Positions 55,526 through 64,000 of a stretch of 64,000 nucleotides of DNA are shown in pieces. Source of the stretch: an uncultured Candidatus Saccharibacteria bacterium (GTDB lineage: Bacteria; Patescibacteriota; Minisyncoccia; Phycocordibacterales; Phycocordibacteraceae); NCBI GenBank assembly GCA_964546795.1, contig CAZJKG010000001.1, positions 61,690 through 125,689 of the forward strand, given 5' to 3'. The position numbers and the translations under genes were made by a program. Under the pieces are notes generated by a model. The model was not told the DNA's origin and searched no databases. It saw only the letters and a program-made list of their open reading frames with translations. The first letter of the stretch is position 1; every line of letters starts with the position of its first letter.

Positions 55526-56248
55526 ATGAAATTGTCGATTATTATTCCTGCGCGCGAGGAGGAGAAAGCGATCGCGAAAACGCTTATTCAGTTCAAAGAC
55601 AAACTCTTGATACACCATGAGACCATCGTATCGGATGCCCGTAGCAAAGACCACACGGTCGCGGTCGCGCGAAAGACCGCACATGTGGTCGTCGTGTTCG
55701 ACGGCGACAAGCATACGGCAGGCATCGGACGCAACGACGGCGCGAAAGTCGCGCATGGCGAATATCTCGCATTCGTCGATGCCGATATCGAGATACCCGA
55801 ACCCCACGCTTTTTTTGAACGAGCGTTCAAGCATTTCGAGAATGACTCGACCGTCGTGGGCGTCACCGGCCCCCAGCGTGCCACTCCCGCCATCGAGACG
55901 TGGGCCGACCGTCTTTCTTTCGGCTATCTTAATGCCGTCATCCGATTCCAAAATAACGTACTGCATCGCGGCGAAGCGTCGGGAAAATTCATGCTTGTGT
56001 CGCGCACTGCATTTGAAAAGATTGGTGGTTTCCGCGAGGACCTCGTGACCCGGGAAGACGGCGATTTCTTCTATCGCCTCTCAAAGATAGGCCGTACCGT
56101 CTTTGATCCTTCGCTGATGATCTATCATGGGGCCCGGCGTGCACACAAGATCGGCTGGGCGCGTCTATGGTTCATTTGGATTGTGAATACCGTCAGCGTA
56201 ACGCTCTTTGATAAGGCGGTCGCCGATGATTGGACTCCGATCCGGTGA
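55526..56248 (+). CDS. family 2 glycosyltransferase
   Basis: LSIIIPAREEE, DAD, GT-A fold. Confidence 0.75.
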   Translation: MKLSIIIPAREEEKAIAKTLIQFKDKLLIHHETIVSDARSKDHTVAVARKTAHVVVVFDGDKHTAGIGRNDGAKVAHGEYLAFVDADIEIPEPHAFFERAFKHFENDSTVVGVTGPQRATPAIETWADRLSFGYLNAVIRFQNNVLHRGEASGKFMLVSRTAFEKIGGFREDLVTREDGDFFYRLSKIGRTVFDPSLMIYHGARRAHKIGWARLWFIWIVNTVSVTLFDKAVADDWTPIR

Positions 56249-56336
56249 TACACTACTGATTATCATGTCTGCCCTTCCCCCGCCGGACAAGACAGCGAAA
56301 TTACGCCTTTTTCATCGTTCGCAAAGCATCCGTCGT

Positions 56337-57089
56337 CTAGGTCCGTGGATCGGATTTTGGCCATTCCATAAGATTGCTAGCCGTGAGTTCCATCCGGTCT
56401 GCATTGCGAACGTACCGCCAATTCCCTTTCGGCACAAGATAATAATGTGGTAGAACGCTCAAGGCGTCGGCTATTTCCCATACATTCTTTTCTGTTGTAA
56501 TCCACTCATGACCGAACCGGCGCATATCAAGTGGCTTGGAGTAGCATTCAAGGGTTTTCTCTCCTGTCTCACTTAAGAACCATTCGTTGAAATAGGAGAG
56601 CACAAGTTCGCGTGGTGTGCGGTACACTGGGTCGCGGAATCGGAGAACAGCATAATTCGTTTTGCTGATGGCGCCATAGCGACCGCCCCGCTTATACAGC
56701 GTGATGACATGATCCACGTCTCCCTTCCCGAGACGCGCTGAAATATTTATGATGAGCGGCGGCTCGCCCTGCATCCAGAGCGCCGTGGCGGCGAGGAGCG
56801 CGCCCTCAATGCAGTGCGCTTTCCTTTCCTTAAGAACGCGGCGCGGAGACAGGTGGGTATCTCCCTTCTTTTCCCAATTCATCGGAATGGTATCGAGGAA
56901 GTTCTGGATCTTTATCGGTGTTGTGAGACGTGCAAGCGTTTCGTACTCTTTATGTGTCAGGCCGGATTGAGCGAGTGTAAGACGCTGCATAACGGTAAGG
57001 ATACCGCATAAAAATACGCGCGCCGCTTTCTGCGGCGCGCGTATTTTTCTACACCAGTTACTTGAGAGCGAGATCGCCAGCACCGACAA
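56337..57089 (-). CDS. transglutaminase-like (TGc) putative cysteine protease domain protein
   Basis: KAHCIEGALLAATALW....P..I followed by DHV and later D, giving a Cys-His-Asp arrangement. Weak. Confidence 0.35.
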   Translation of the reverse strand: MSVLAISLSSNWCRKIRAPQKAARVFLCGILTVMQRLTLAQSGLTHKEYETLARLTTPIKIQNFLDTIPMNWEKKGDTHLSPRRVLKERKAHCIEGALLAATALWMQGEPPLIINISARLGKGDVDHVITLYKRGGRYGAISKTNYAVLRFRDPVYRTPRELVLSYFNEWFLSETGEKTLECYSKPLDMRRFGHEWITTEKNVWEIADALSVLPHYYLVPKGNWRYVRNADRMELTASNLMEWPKSDPRT

Positions 57090-57624
57090 CTATTTTTGCA
57101 AGCTCGGCTTGCGTTCTCGGAATCTGCTGCGAATGTGTAAGGTCGATATGTCCCACGACACGGATGGTAACACCGTTGCAGATTCCAAGTACCATACCTG
57201 CATTCTTCACTTTGCCGTTCTTCAGAGTATAATTTGATTTCGTGCTGAAAAGAATATCAATGCGGTCGGTATACCGCGGATTCATCGCATCCGCGATAAC
57301 GCGATAACCGATAATAGGCGCGACGATATCGTACCCGCAGGCCTCTTTTGAAGCGTCCGTCGCGTCAATCTCAATAATGGTGCCGAACGGCAACTCGTCG
57401 GCGAGATCGCGCGAACGCGCTGCGACAATCTCGGGATTGGAGTATACACCGGAAGCGGTCACGAGAGGATCGTTATCGGTCTGTGCCTTCACAGCGTTAT
57501 AGGCGGTCAGCGTTACCGTATGGCTCGGAACCATAGGTGTTAGTGGTGCCACCGCATGTGCGGGTAGCGCGCCTAGAGCGCCAGACAAAAAGAAAAGGCC
57601 CATAAGGGCTCCTAATGTAGTCAT
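57058..57624 (-). CDS. secreted 3D-domain protein (YuiC/MltA-like)
   Basis: Signal peptide, TAYNAVKAQTDNDPLVTASG...GTIIEI...GYRVIADAMNPRYTDRIDI. Confidence 0.6.
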   Translation of the reverse strand: MTTLGALMGLFFLSGALGALPAHAVAPLTPMVPSHTVTLTAYNAVKAQTDNDPLVTASGVYSNPEIVAARSRDLADELPFGTIIEIDATDASKEACGYDIVAPIIGYRVIADAMNPRYTDRIDILFSTKSNYTLKNGKVKNAGMVLGICNGVTIRVVGHIDLTHSQQIPRTQAELAKIVVGAGDLALK

Positions 57625-57680
57625 GTGATGTGGTTACCGAGACAGTAAGTAACTACCTCGTTAGGACGCATCCTAGCATG

Positions 57681-57698
57681 TTGACAATATATTGTCAA
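57681..57698. promoter_or_regulatory. 18-bp perfect palindrome (operator-like) upstream of the 3D-domain gene
   Basis: TTGACAATATATTGTCAA, with two overlapping TTGACA hexamers. Confidence 0.45.
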
Positions 57699-57726
57699 TA
57701 GCGTCTAGTGCGCAGTATATAAATTG

Positions 57727-57753
57727 AAACCCGGCTGCGTTCGTGCAGCCGGG
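57727..57753 (-). terminator. rho-independent terminator of the PLP-enzyme gene
   Basis: CCCGGCTGC-GTTCG-TGCAGCCGGG with a T-run on the minus strand. Confidence 0.6.
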
Positions 57754-57772
57754 GGTTCAGGGTTGTAGGATT

Positions 57773-58831
57773 TCATCGGATATCACCGCTTTCGGAGAGC
57801 ATCTGCAAGAGATTCAGTGGAGGAATGGTGGGTGAGAATTCCGTCTTGCGATTAAGCGCTCCGAAATACAGCGGCAAATAGGGCCGACAATCATCAGGAC
57901 CGAATACGACGACGTGGATTTTGCCGTCTTCTTTGTCCCTGAATTGCTCCAGTGTTCGGACATCTTTATGCTTCCGGAGAAAACTGAAAGCGCCAGCGAT
58001 ACCGAGACCGAAGCTTGGACCCAAGTGAGGCGTGACATGCGACCATGTCAAGAAACTGAGATAGAACGCCGCATGGCGTGTGCCGAACTGAAGGTCTTTT
58101 TTTTGAAAGAATTTCTCCCAAGGTTGCCGAATGTCTTTTCTGACACTGCTCAAAGTACGGACCCCGGGGACTTCTTGCCCTTCGGCGCACAACACTGGAA
58201 CGACCACGGTACGAAGGCCTCTATCGCGTGCATATTTGGCGAGACCGATACACGTCCCCATAGTACCGGCAGGTAGTGCGAGGATGGATATTTGTTTCGC
58301 TTGCCCAAACAGTTGCGGAGCAAGATGGCAGTAATGTGCCTTCCAATTCCATTCCCCATCGTACTGACACGGATTGTACCAGCCGTCTTTAGCACCGAGC
58401 CGACGAGCATACGCGACTGTGGTTTCGTCAGTGTCGGAAATCAAATGCAGCCCAGTGCGACGCCCAAGAACCCGTATCGCATCGATTTTGTCATGCGGAA
58501 CATCGATGGACATGGCCGCTACGAAACGCACACCGAGTGCGTTGCACACAGTGCTCATAGCATTGCCTGTGTTGCCGCTCGTCGCTTCAATAACGGTCGT
58601 CTTGGGACCAATGAGACCTTTCTTGATACCGTCCATGATACCTTCCCGAGCCATAACCCACTTGCTGTGGGGGGTCTCTCCGGGAACAGCAGCAGCCCTA
58701 AAGACAACACCGTCACTCGCGAATGGATTGAGTTCCGACGGAAGTTCTGCAGAAACGCGTACCAGCCGTAAGCGCGAAGGGTCTGTTTCTTTCCAAAAGG
58801 GATGATTAAGCAGTTCTTGGTTCGCTTTCAC
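57773..58831 (-). CDS. PLP-dependent enzyme, tryptophan-synthase-beta/cysteine-synthase superfamily
   Basis: EATSGNTGNAMSTVC and the Gly-rich ALPAGTMGTCIG loop. Confidence 0.6.
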   Translation of the reverse strand: MKANQELLNHPFWKETDPSRLRLVRVSAELPSELNPFASDGVVFRAAAVPGETPHSKWVMAREGIMDGIKKGLIGPKTTVIEATSGNTGNAMSTVCNALGVRFVAAMSIDVPHDKIDAIRVLGRRTGLHLISDTDETTVAYARRLGAKDGWYNPCQYDGEWNWKAHYCHLAPQLFGQAKQISILALPAGTMGTCIGLAKYARDRGLRTVVVPVLCAEGQEVPGVRTLSSVRKDIRQPWEKFFQKKDLQFGTRHAAFYLSFLTWSHVTPHLGPSFGLGIAGAFSFLRKHKDVRTLEQFRDKEDGKIHVVVFGPDDCRPYLPLYFGALNRKTEFSPTIPPLNLLQMLSESGDIR

Positions 58832-58956
58832 TTTTTGCCTCCTTTCAGAGCGTAGGGGTTAGATAAACAAATTGCTCGCCCGTTAAAAGAGCTTCCGGCC
58901 AGAGTGTACTCCCATTTACTGGTTTCAGCCAGATTGGAACGGCTGTTCTCTCTCTT

Positions 58957-59340
58957 TTGACCCAAATACGCTATACTGCACAAGCATTACACTTATTCAT
59001 CATTATTTTTAGTATTACTATGGCATTTGGATTCGGTTCTCTGTTCAAAAAACAGGATGTCGCACCGGCACAAGATATGCGTCAGGAATATACACAAATG
59101 AAGGAGCAGACCGGACTCAGTATCTCCTATGCACAACGCTCTGACGGATCCATCATTGTTTCGGCCATCTCAGCCGATGCTCCGGCCATCGAGGCGATTT
59201 TCCCTGGCACTGCCACTGATGAGGCACATATCCTGTATACATTGTCAGGTGAATTATTGCGCTCTCGTGCCGCTCTTGGTCAAGAGCATGTGGTAATTCG
59301 CAACACAGTTGAGGGATTATTTGCCTCTTATCGCCGATAA
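58957..59340 (+). CDS. hypothetical protein with N-terminal TM
   Basis: ORF only. Confidence 0.25.
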   Translation: MTQIRYTAQALHLFIIIFSITMAFGFGSLFKKQDVAPAQDMRQEYTQMKEQTGLSISYAQRSDGSIIVSAISADAPAIEAIFPGTATDEAHILYTLSGELLRSRAALGQEHVVIRNTVEGLFASYRR

Positions 59341-59353
59341 TCGATTCGATAAT

Positions 59354-60109
59354 ATGAACACTCCATCCACAAACTCTGCTCAGGGAGAATTTGTCGCTAA
59401 TCCTGGCAAGAAACTCATGATTGATGTTGATGGCACTACGTATCTGCGCCTACCAATCAAGACACGACTCATTACGACTAAAGATACCGATATTCTCTCG
59501 CTTCTTGATGAGTATGCACGGCCCCATCTTGTACTAGGCGACCTTATCTTCATCAGCGAGAAAGCTCTCACGGTAACACAGGGTCGTATTATTAACATGA
59601 GCAATATCAAGACGACGCCATTCGCACGTCTTTTGGCACGTAACGTAGGCAATCGCTACGGCACGAACGATTTCCGCGGCTTTGGGCATGGGACGGATAT
59701 GGCAATGCAACTCTTCCTCGAAGAGGCGGGGTATCTGCGCGTTATATTTGCAGCAGCGGTTTCCGCTCTTACGCGGCCGCTCGGCATTCACGGTCTCTTC
59801 TATCAGATTTGTGGCAAGCGGGCGAAGTCAATTGACTGTCCTATGTCGTTCCTGATCCTTGAATACGCACACTTCGCTAAGCTCGCCCCAAACGACCCAG
59901 ACGGCGCTGCCCGATTGGTCAAGGAACGTTTTGGTCACGAAGCAATTATCCTTGATGCCAACTATCGTGGTGCATTCTCGCTTGGGAAATCAACGTATGC
60001 GATCTCGGAGAAATTTATTCAGAAGCTTTTTAAGGACAATCCTCTTGGTCAGTCCGACGAAATGACGCCTTTCTGTATCGTCCGAAAGGCCGAATTCATG
60101 CATCCTTGA
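59354..60109 (+). CDS. CofE-like (F420-0:gamma-glutamyl ligase family, PF01996-like) protein, divergent
   Basis: LGDLIFISEKALTVTQGR matches the CofE GD..V.SEK......GR motif. Downstream metal-binding motifs are not clearly conserved. Confidence 0.35.
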   Translation: MNTPSTNSAQGEFVANPGKKLMIDVDGTTYLRLPIKTRLITTKDTDILSLLDEYARPHLVLGDLIFISEKALTVTQGRIINMSNIKTTPFARLLARNVGNRYGTNDFRGFGHGTDMAMQLFLEEAGYLRVIFAAAVSALTRPLGIHGLFYQICGKRAKSIDCPMSFLILEYAHFAKLAPNDPDGAARLVKERFGHEAIILDANYRGAFSLGKSTYAISEKFIQKLFKDNPLGQSDEMTPFCIVRKAEFMHP

Positions 60110-60156
60110 TAATAAGACATATTGTCTGTCTGTCGGCGAAAGGATTCTGAGATAGA

Positions 60157-60528
60157 TTAAGGACGCCACCCTTTCTTAATTTTCGTGATTTTATTCTTTT
60201 CGCTCATAAAGATGACGGTCGGACTCATTTTTTCCGCCTCCTTCGCATCAACCCATGCTTCGCCGAGAATAATGACTTTGTCGCCCTTCTGGAAGAACCG
60301 TGCTGGCGGGCCGTTGAGGATGATGTCGCCCCTCCCCTTCTTCCCTTTTACGATATAGGTACGCCAGAGGACAGCGTTACTGACATTCGTTATCTGCACC
60401 ATCTGCCCCGGTAGAAGCCCGGCCGCTTCAAGCAGTGTTTCATCTATCGTGATGGAACCGAGATAATTAAGGTCGGCGTCGGTGACGGTCGCCCGATGCA
60501 GCTTTGCGATACAGACATTTATTAGCAT
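60157..60528 (-). CDS. panD: aspartate 1-decarboxylase
   Basis: MLINVCIAKLHRATVTDADLNYLGSITIDE, with a Gly-Ser processing site and YIV.G.KG.G.I.LNG. Confidence 0.85.
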   Translation of the reverse strand: MLINVCIAKLHRATVTDADLNYLGSITIDETLLEAAGLLPGQMVQITNVSNAVLWRTYIVKGKKGRGDIILNGPPARFFQKGDKVIILGEAWVDAKEAEKMSPTVIFMSEKNKITKIKKGWRP

Positions 60529-60576
60529 ACGGCGAATATATCACGCCTCGATGCGGCGCGCGAGCATTGAATACTT

Positions 60577-62247
60577 TCAATCTGAGCGCATGAGCCGCAC
60601 GAGGCGGATCGTTTCAAAGGAATATCGGCCTCCGAGCGCATGGAAGACGGGTGAGAGGCGATCATCGTTTGTGGCTCTAAGCGCTTCATGAATCTCATCG
60701 GTCGTATCAATCGGGAGCAGGTGTGCGAAATCAGCTCGAACAAGCTTCCCTATCTCCGAGAGTTCTTCCAGATGCTTCACGATGGTCGAAATTGCGAGCG
60801 CGCGCGACTTAGCGACCTCGTGGAGCGTCTTTCCGTCGCGCGCCGCGGCAAGCGTCTCCGCTAGCCGTCCGGGCAAACCTGTAGCATTTAGTTTTGCATT
60901 TCGTTTTTCGGATTTCGCATGTACATCAAACCACGCGCCGCCCATCGCTTTTACGAACTTCTTTTGCATATCGGTCATTTCCGTTATGGGCAGTGTCGCA
61001 AACGCTTCGCGCGCCGCCTCAGAGGCGGCGCGAAAATCCCTATCCTTCTCCAAAATATCTGGATGCACCTCAAGTGCGCGCGCATTCAAACCGGTGAGAT
61101 AGACACCAGAGAGCCGCCGCACTCGAGAAAGCGCGACATATCCCTGTCCATATTCAAACGCTTTTGAGAGGTCTATGATGGCAGCGTCCATGCTCATCCC
61201 CTGGCTTTTGTGCACCGTCATCGCGTAGGCGAGCCGCAACGGTATCTGGGAAACGCTTGCGCGCACTTTCCCCTGTTCCTCCAGCTGCCACTCCATCGGC
61301 TCAGTGGTTATCCTGGGGCCGTTTTTTGTTTTGACGATCGGCGTCCCATCTGCGCCCCAGCCGCTCACGATACCGAGCGTGCCATTGACGAATTTCCCTT
61401 GCGGCGAATTCTTGGTGAACATTACCGCCGCGCCCTCTTTCAATTCCAATGTCTCTGGGGAAAGACATCCGCGTTTAAGCCACTCCACCAACGAATCCTT
61501 CCCAGATGAGCTCATGTGGAACTTCTTTGCCACGCTAGAGAGTTTTGAGAGCTCAGCGGTATTGATGCGGTCCACATCGGCGTTGTGTGAGAAGAGCTTC
61601 GGCGCGTCCAAAGGGAGCTCGGAAGCATCTTTGTGGCGCGTCATAAGCTCTTCGTAATGGAGTTGTTCCACCTGGCCCGCGCGTATCGCCGAGAGCACCC
61701 CGAGAAATTCGGTGTCGTCCTGCCGGTACTGTTCGGTGAGGTAGCAAGTAAACAGGTTCAAGTCGCGCCACACGGCTGATGTATAGGCGAATGAAACCTC
61801 GCGAGCGCGGGAGACCGGCGGCAGCTGAAAGAAATCGCCCACGAGGATGACTGTGAGCCCACCGAATGGCTTATCAACACGCCGCACCTCGCGACAAATG
61901 GCGTCCGCCATCTCGAATGTCGCCGCCGAAAGCATTGAGATTTCTTCTATGATAAGCACTTTTGCTTTCTGTATCCGCCGCGCAATATGTTCCTTGCTTG
62001 CGATGCGGTCCACGTCGGCGCGTGAAAGCGATTCTGCAATACCTATGCCGCTCCAGGAATGGAGCGTCATGCCGGCAACATGCGTCGCTGCGATACCGGT
62101 TGCCGCAGTTACCGATGGCTCAATACCAGACGCGCGCAGCCACTCAATAAATGCATTTACCGTATGCGTCTTGCCGCTCCCGGGCTCGCCGGTAAGAAAT
62201 ACATTCGCACCTGTCTTCAATATCGTAAGCGCCTCGCCTTGGGTCAT
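60577..62247 (-). CDS. PIF1/RecD-family DNA helicase with C-terminal HTH domain
   Basis: Walker A GEPGSGKT, TLHSWSGIG, Walker B VLIIEEISM, and a C-terminal HTH-like segment. Confidence 0.75.
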   Translation of the reverse strand: MTQGEALTILKTGANVFLTGEPGSGKTHTVNAFIEWLRASGIEPSVTAATGIAATHVAGMTLHSWSGIGIAESLSRADVDRIASKEHIARRIQKAKVLIIEEISMLSAATFEMADAICREVRRVDKPFGGLTVILVGDFFQLPPVSRAREVSFAYTSAVWRDLNLFTCYLTEQYRQDDTEFLGVLSAIRAGQVEQLHYEELMTRHKDASELPLDAPKLFSHNADVDRINTAELSKLSSVAKKFHMSSSGKDSLVEWLKRGCLSPETLELKEGAAVMFTKNSPQGKFVNGTLGIVSGWGADGTPIVKTKNGPRITTEPMEWQLEEQGKVRASVSQIPLRLAYAMTVHKSQGMSMDAAIIDLSKAFEYGQGYVALSRVRRLSGVYLTGLNARALEVHPDILEKDRDFRAASEAAREAFATLPITEMTDMQKKFVKAMGGAWFDVHAKSEKRNAKLNATGLPGRLAETLAAARDGKTLHEVAKSRALAISTIVKHLEELSEIGKLVRADFAHLLPIDTTDEIHEALRATNDDRLSPVFHALGGRYSFETIRLVRLMRSD

Positions 62248-62265
62248 GAGAGCGATTATACCTTC

Positions 62266-62673
62266 TCAATAATCAATATGGTATTTCAGAGCGAGTTTTC
62301 TCATATTCTCTGCGACAGACCATTCTCCTTCTGCATCAAAGAGATCGGATTTTTCTAATGGTCCACTGCCGATGATAATGTGGTAGAGGCGATGGCGTGT
62401 TGCCTCGGTAAGACCAAAATGTTCAACAAATGACTTTCGAAATAAATCAAATTCGCCGAAAAGAGGACCGTGAGTAAGTAAATCCTTGTATGCCGCCTTA
62501 TATACTGCACGTACTAATCGCACAATAGGTCCACGTTCTGGGTCGGCTTTGTCCTTCTCTACAAGTTTAAAACCAGCATCATTTTGTTCCCGTTCTAGCT
62601 CTCGCTCCCGACGAATCTTCTCTTCTTCCGATTCTGTCGGTTTTTCCTCGTTTATTGGCGGTTGTTCACTCAT
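62266..62673 (-). CDS. hypothetical protein (135 aa, acidic N-terminus)
   Basis: ORF between the helicase and the PRTase; no motif. Confidence 0.3.
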   Translation of the reverse strand: MSEQPPINEEKPTESEEEKIRRERELEREQNDAGFKLVEKDKADPERGPIVRLVRAVYKAAYKDLLTHGPLFGEFDLFRKSFVEHFGLTEATRHRLYHIIIGSGPLEKSDLFDAEGEWSVAENMRKLALKYHIDY

Positions 62674-62718
62674 AACTTCAGTGTATCATTTGCAACCTCT
62701 TCGTGTGCACTGCACATT

Positions 62719-63345
62719 TCAAACCGTTTTTGCAAGGAGCGCAATGACCTCCGCATCCGTCACCTGTGGAAACTTCTCATAATAAGCCCCGACGGCCCCT
62801 TGATACTCTTCCTCGTTCGTAAGCACAATGACCTCATCCGCTTCCCGCCGGAGCATGGCGGTAACATCCGCTCCCGCGCAAGGGACCGCGACGACCACCT
62901 TCGCTGGTTTCTCCTTGCGAAGCGATGCGAGCGCGGCGCGGATGGTGAGTCCGGTCGCGATACCGTCATCAACGAGAATAGCGGTCTTGCCCGCAGGCGA
63001 TATGCGCGAGCGTCCGGTGAGATACGCTGCGCGCCGGCGCTTCGCTTCCTGACGCTCGCGCTCCACCGCCTCGGCAAGCCATACCTTATCCAGAAACCCT
63101 AACTCTGCTTCATCGCAGATGAGCGGGCCGTCCTCGGTCACCGCGCAAACCGCATATTCGGGATTATGCGGGTGTCCTATCTTCCGCGCTATCGCAAGAT
63201 CAAGCGGAGCGCCAAGAGCTGTCGCGACCTCGTATCCGAGAACAACGCCTCCGCGCGGCAGCGCGTAAACGACTGCGTCTGCTGCGCGATACTTCGCGAG
63301 CGCTTGCGCAAGCTGTCTGCCCGCATCAATGCGGTCTGCGAACAC
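62719..63345 (-). CDS. predicted phosphoribosyltransferase (COG1926-like)
   Basis: PRPP-binding loop ILVDDGIATGLT, ~208 aa. Confidence 0.7.
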   Translation of the reverse strand: MFADRIDAGRQLAQALAKYRAADAVVYALPRGGVVLGYEVATALGAPLDLAIARKIGHPHNPEYAVCAVTEDGPLICDEAELGFLDKVWLAEAVERERQEAKRRRAAYLTGRSRISPAGKTAILVDDGIATGLTIRAALASLRKEKPAKVVVAVPCAGADVTAMLRREADEVIVLTNEEEYQGAVGAYYEKFPQVTDAEVIALLAKTV

Positions 63346-63354
63346 GATACGGTA

Positions 63355-63645
63355 TTAGACGCGATGCATCCGGTTCCAAAGAAGCGCGAAGACGTAACCG
63401 ACAATGCATCCGATAATCGACGTGACGACGATGAGCGTGATGGCCGCAGAGATATCAAACTCTTTGATGACAACTGGTGCGCTAACCATATGCGCCCATA
63501 AGCTGAAGTTAACAAGCGTTTGAGCCCATCCGAGGGCGACAAAGATTGACCAGACAAGATGCAGTCCGCCCACGGTCTTGCCGACGGCGAGTCCGGTCTT
63601 GGCAGGATCAATGTAATGATTCATGAGGATATATATTACTCGGTT
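63355..63645 (-). CDS. hypothetical small membrane protein
   Basis: 2-3 TM helices. Start uncertain: the track ORF extends to 63759 through palindrome B copy 2. Confidence 0.3.
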   Translation of the reverse strand, partial: NRVIYILMNHYIDPAKTGLAVGKTVGGLHLVWSIFVALGWAQTLVNFSLWAHMVSAPVVIKEFDISAAITLIVVTSIIGCIVGYVFALLWNRMHRV

Positions 63646-63708
63646 AATGCGGTAATGATACCGCTTTTCCATCGAGCGCAATGATGACTGGTGCGTAACC
63701 CACCGAAC

Positions 63709-63752
63709 CACTATCCACAATACAATGCGGTCGCATTGTATTGTGGATAGTG
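63709..63752. repeat. palindrome family B, copy 2 (21-bp perfect arms)
   Basis: CACTATCCACAATACAATGCG-GT-CGCATTGTATTGTGGATAGTG. Confidence 0.6.
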
Positions 63753-63759
63753 TCGACAA

Positions 63760-64000
63760 TTAGCGGATACCAGTGTCGCAAGAAATGTTTGTCGTAACGT
63801 AGCCGCCTACGGCTATCGTGACATCCGCTCCCGCGCAGCGCGGGAGCGTTTTGTCGCCTCCGGCAGTGAGTGTGTATGAGCCGGGTGGAAGTGAGAATGT
63901 AAACGCGCCGCTCGCATCTGAATTCCCGATTGCAAACGGCACTTTAGCGCCGGCCCGATACACTAATACAGCCGTTGCATACGGTTTGTCGGCACACTGT
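63760..64000 (-). CDS. C-terminal fragment of a protein with a carboxypeptidase-regulatory-like / Cna-B-type beta-sandwich domain (gene continues beyond the window end)
   Basis: GAFTFSLPPGSYTLTAGG...GADVTIAVGGYVTTNISCD. Confidence 0.35.
   Translation of the reverse strand, partial: QCADKPYATAVLVYRAGAKVPFAIGNSDASGAFTFSLPPGSYTLTAGGDKTLPRCAGADVTIAVGGYVTTNISCDTGIR

Noticed and set aside
1-64000. CRISPR arrays and rRNA genes
   Set aside because: No tandem direct repeats with regular spacers were seen, and no long conserved rRNA segments. The window appears to contain none.

Overview
This 64-kb window appears to come from a moderately GC-rich (about 55%) bacterial genome with compact gene spacing and few Shine-Dalgarno signals. 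It may be a small-genome or Patescibacteria-like lineage, judged by a class I LysRS, a Def-Fmt fusion and a group I intron in a tRNA; that lineage guess is inference, not a database result. Both strands are densely coded with core genes: ribosomal proteins L27/L9/L21, cysS, dnaB, recR, a DEAD-box helicase, the division/cell-wall (dcw) cluster murF-ftsI-ftsL-rsmH-mraZ, class I lysS, the rod complex mreBCD-pbp2, proS, rseP, frr, holB-like, murA, def-fmt, hpf, truB, mltG and amt-glnA. Between them sit several AT-richer accessory islets: HicAB; a GIY-YIG gene next to tRNA-Glu; DUF2156; and a block holding TfoX-N, DUF1059, DUF1905, OmdA, VOC and an adenylate cyclase, followed by an AOX and a glutaredoxin-like gene. 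Two tRNAs are present. One, read as tRNA-Asn(GTT), carries a ~221-nt group I intron in the anticodon loop and is flanked by duplicated tRNA fragments. The intergenic space holds an unusual number of long perfect inverted-repeat structures. These include a 3-copy ~90-nt repeat family with a compensatory stem change, a 2-copy palindrome family with mirrored substitutions, and several 16-21-bp-stem elements, one with a 5-bp target-site-like duplication. No CRISPR array or rRNA was seen. All calls rest on reading the sequence and the ORF translations, with motif recognition from memory. Coordinates of small RNA and repeat features may be off by 1-2 nt.
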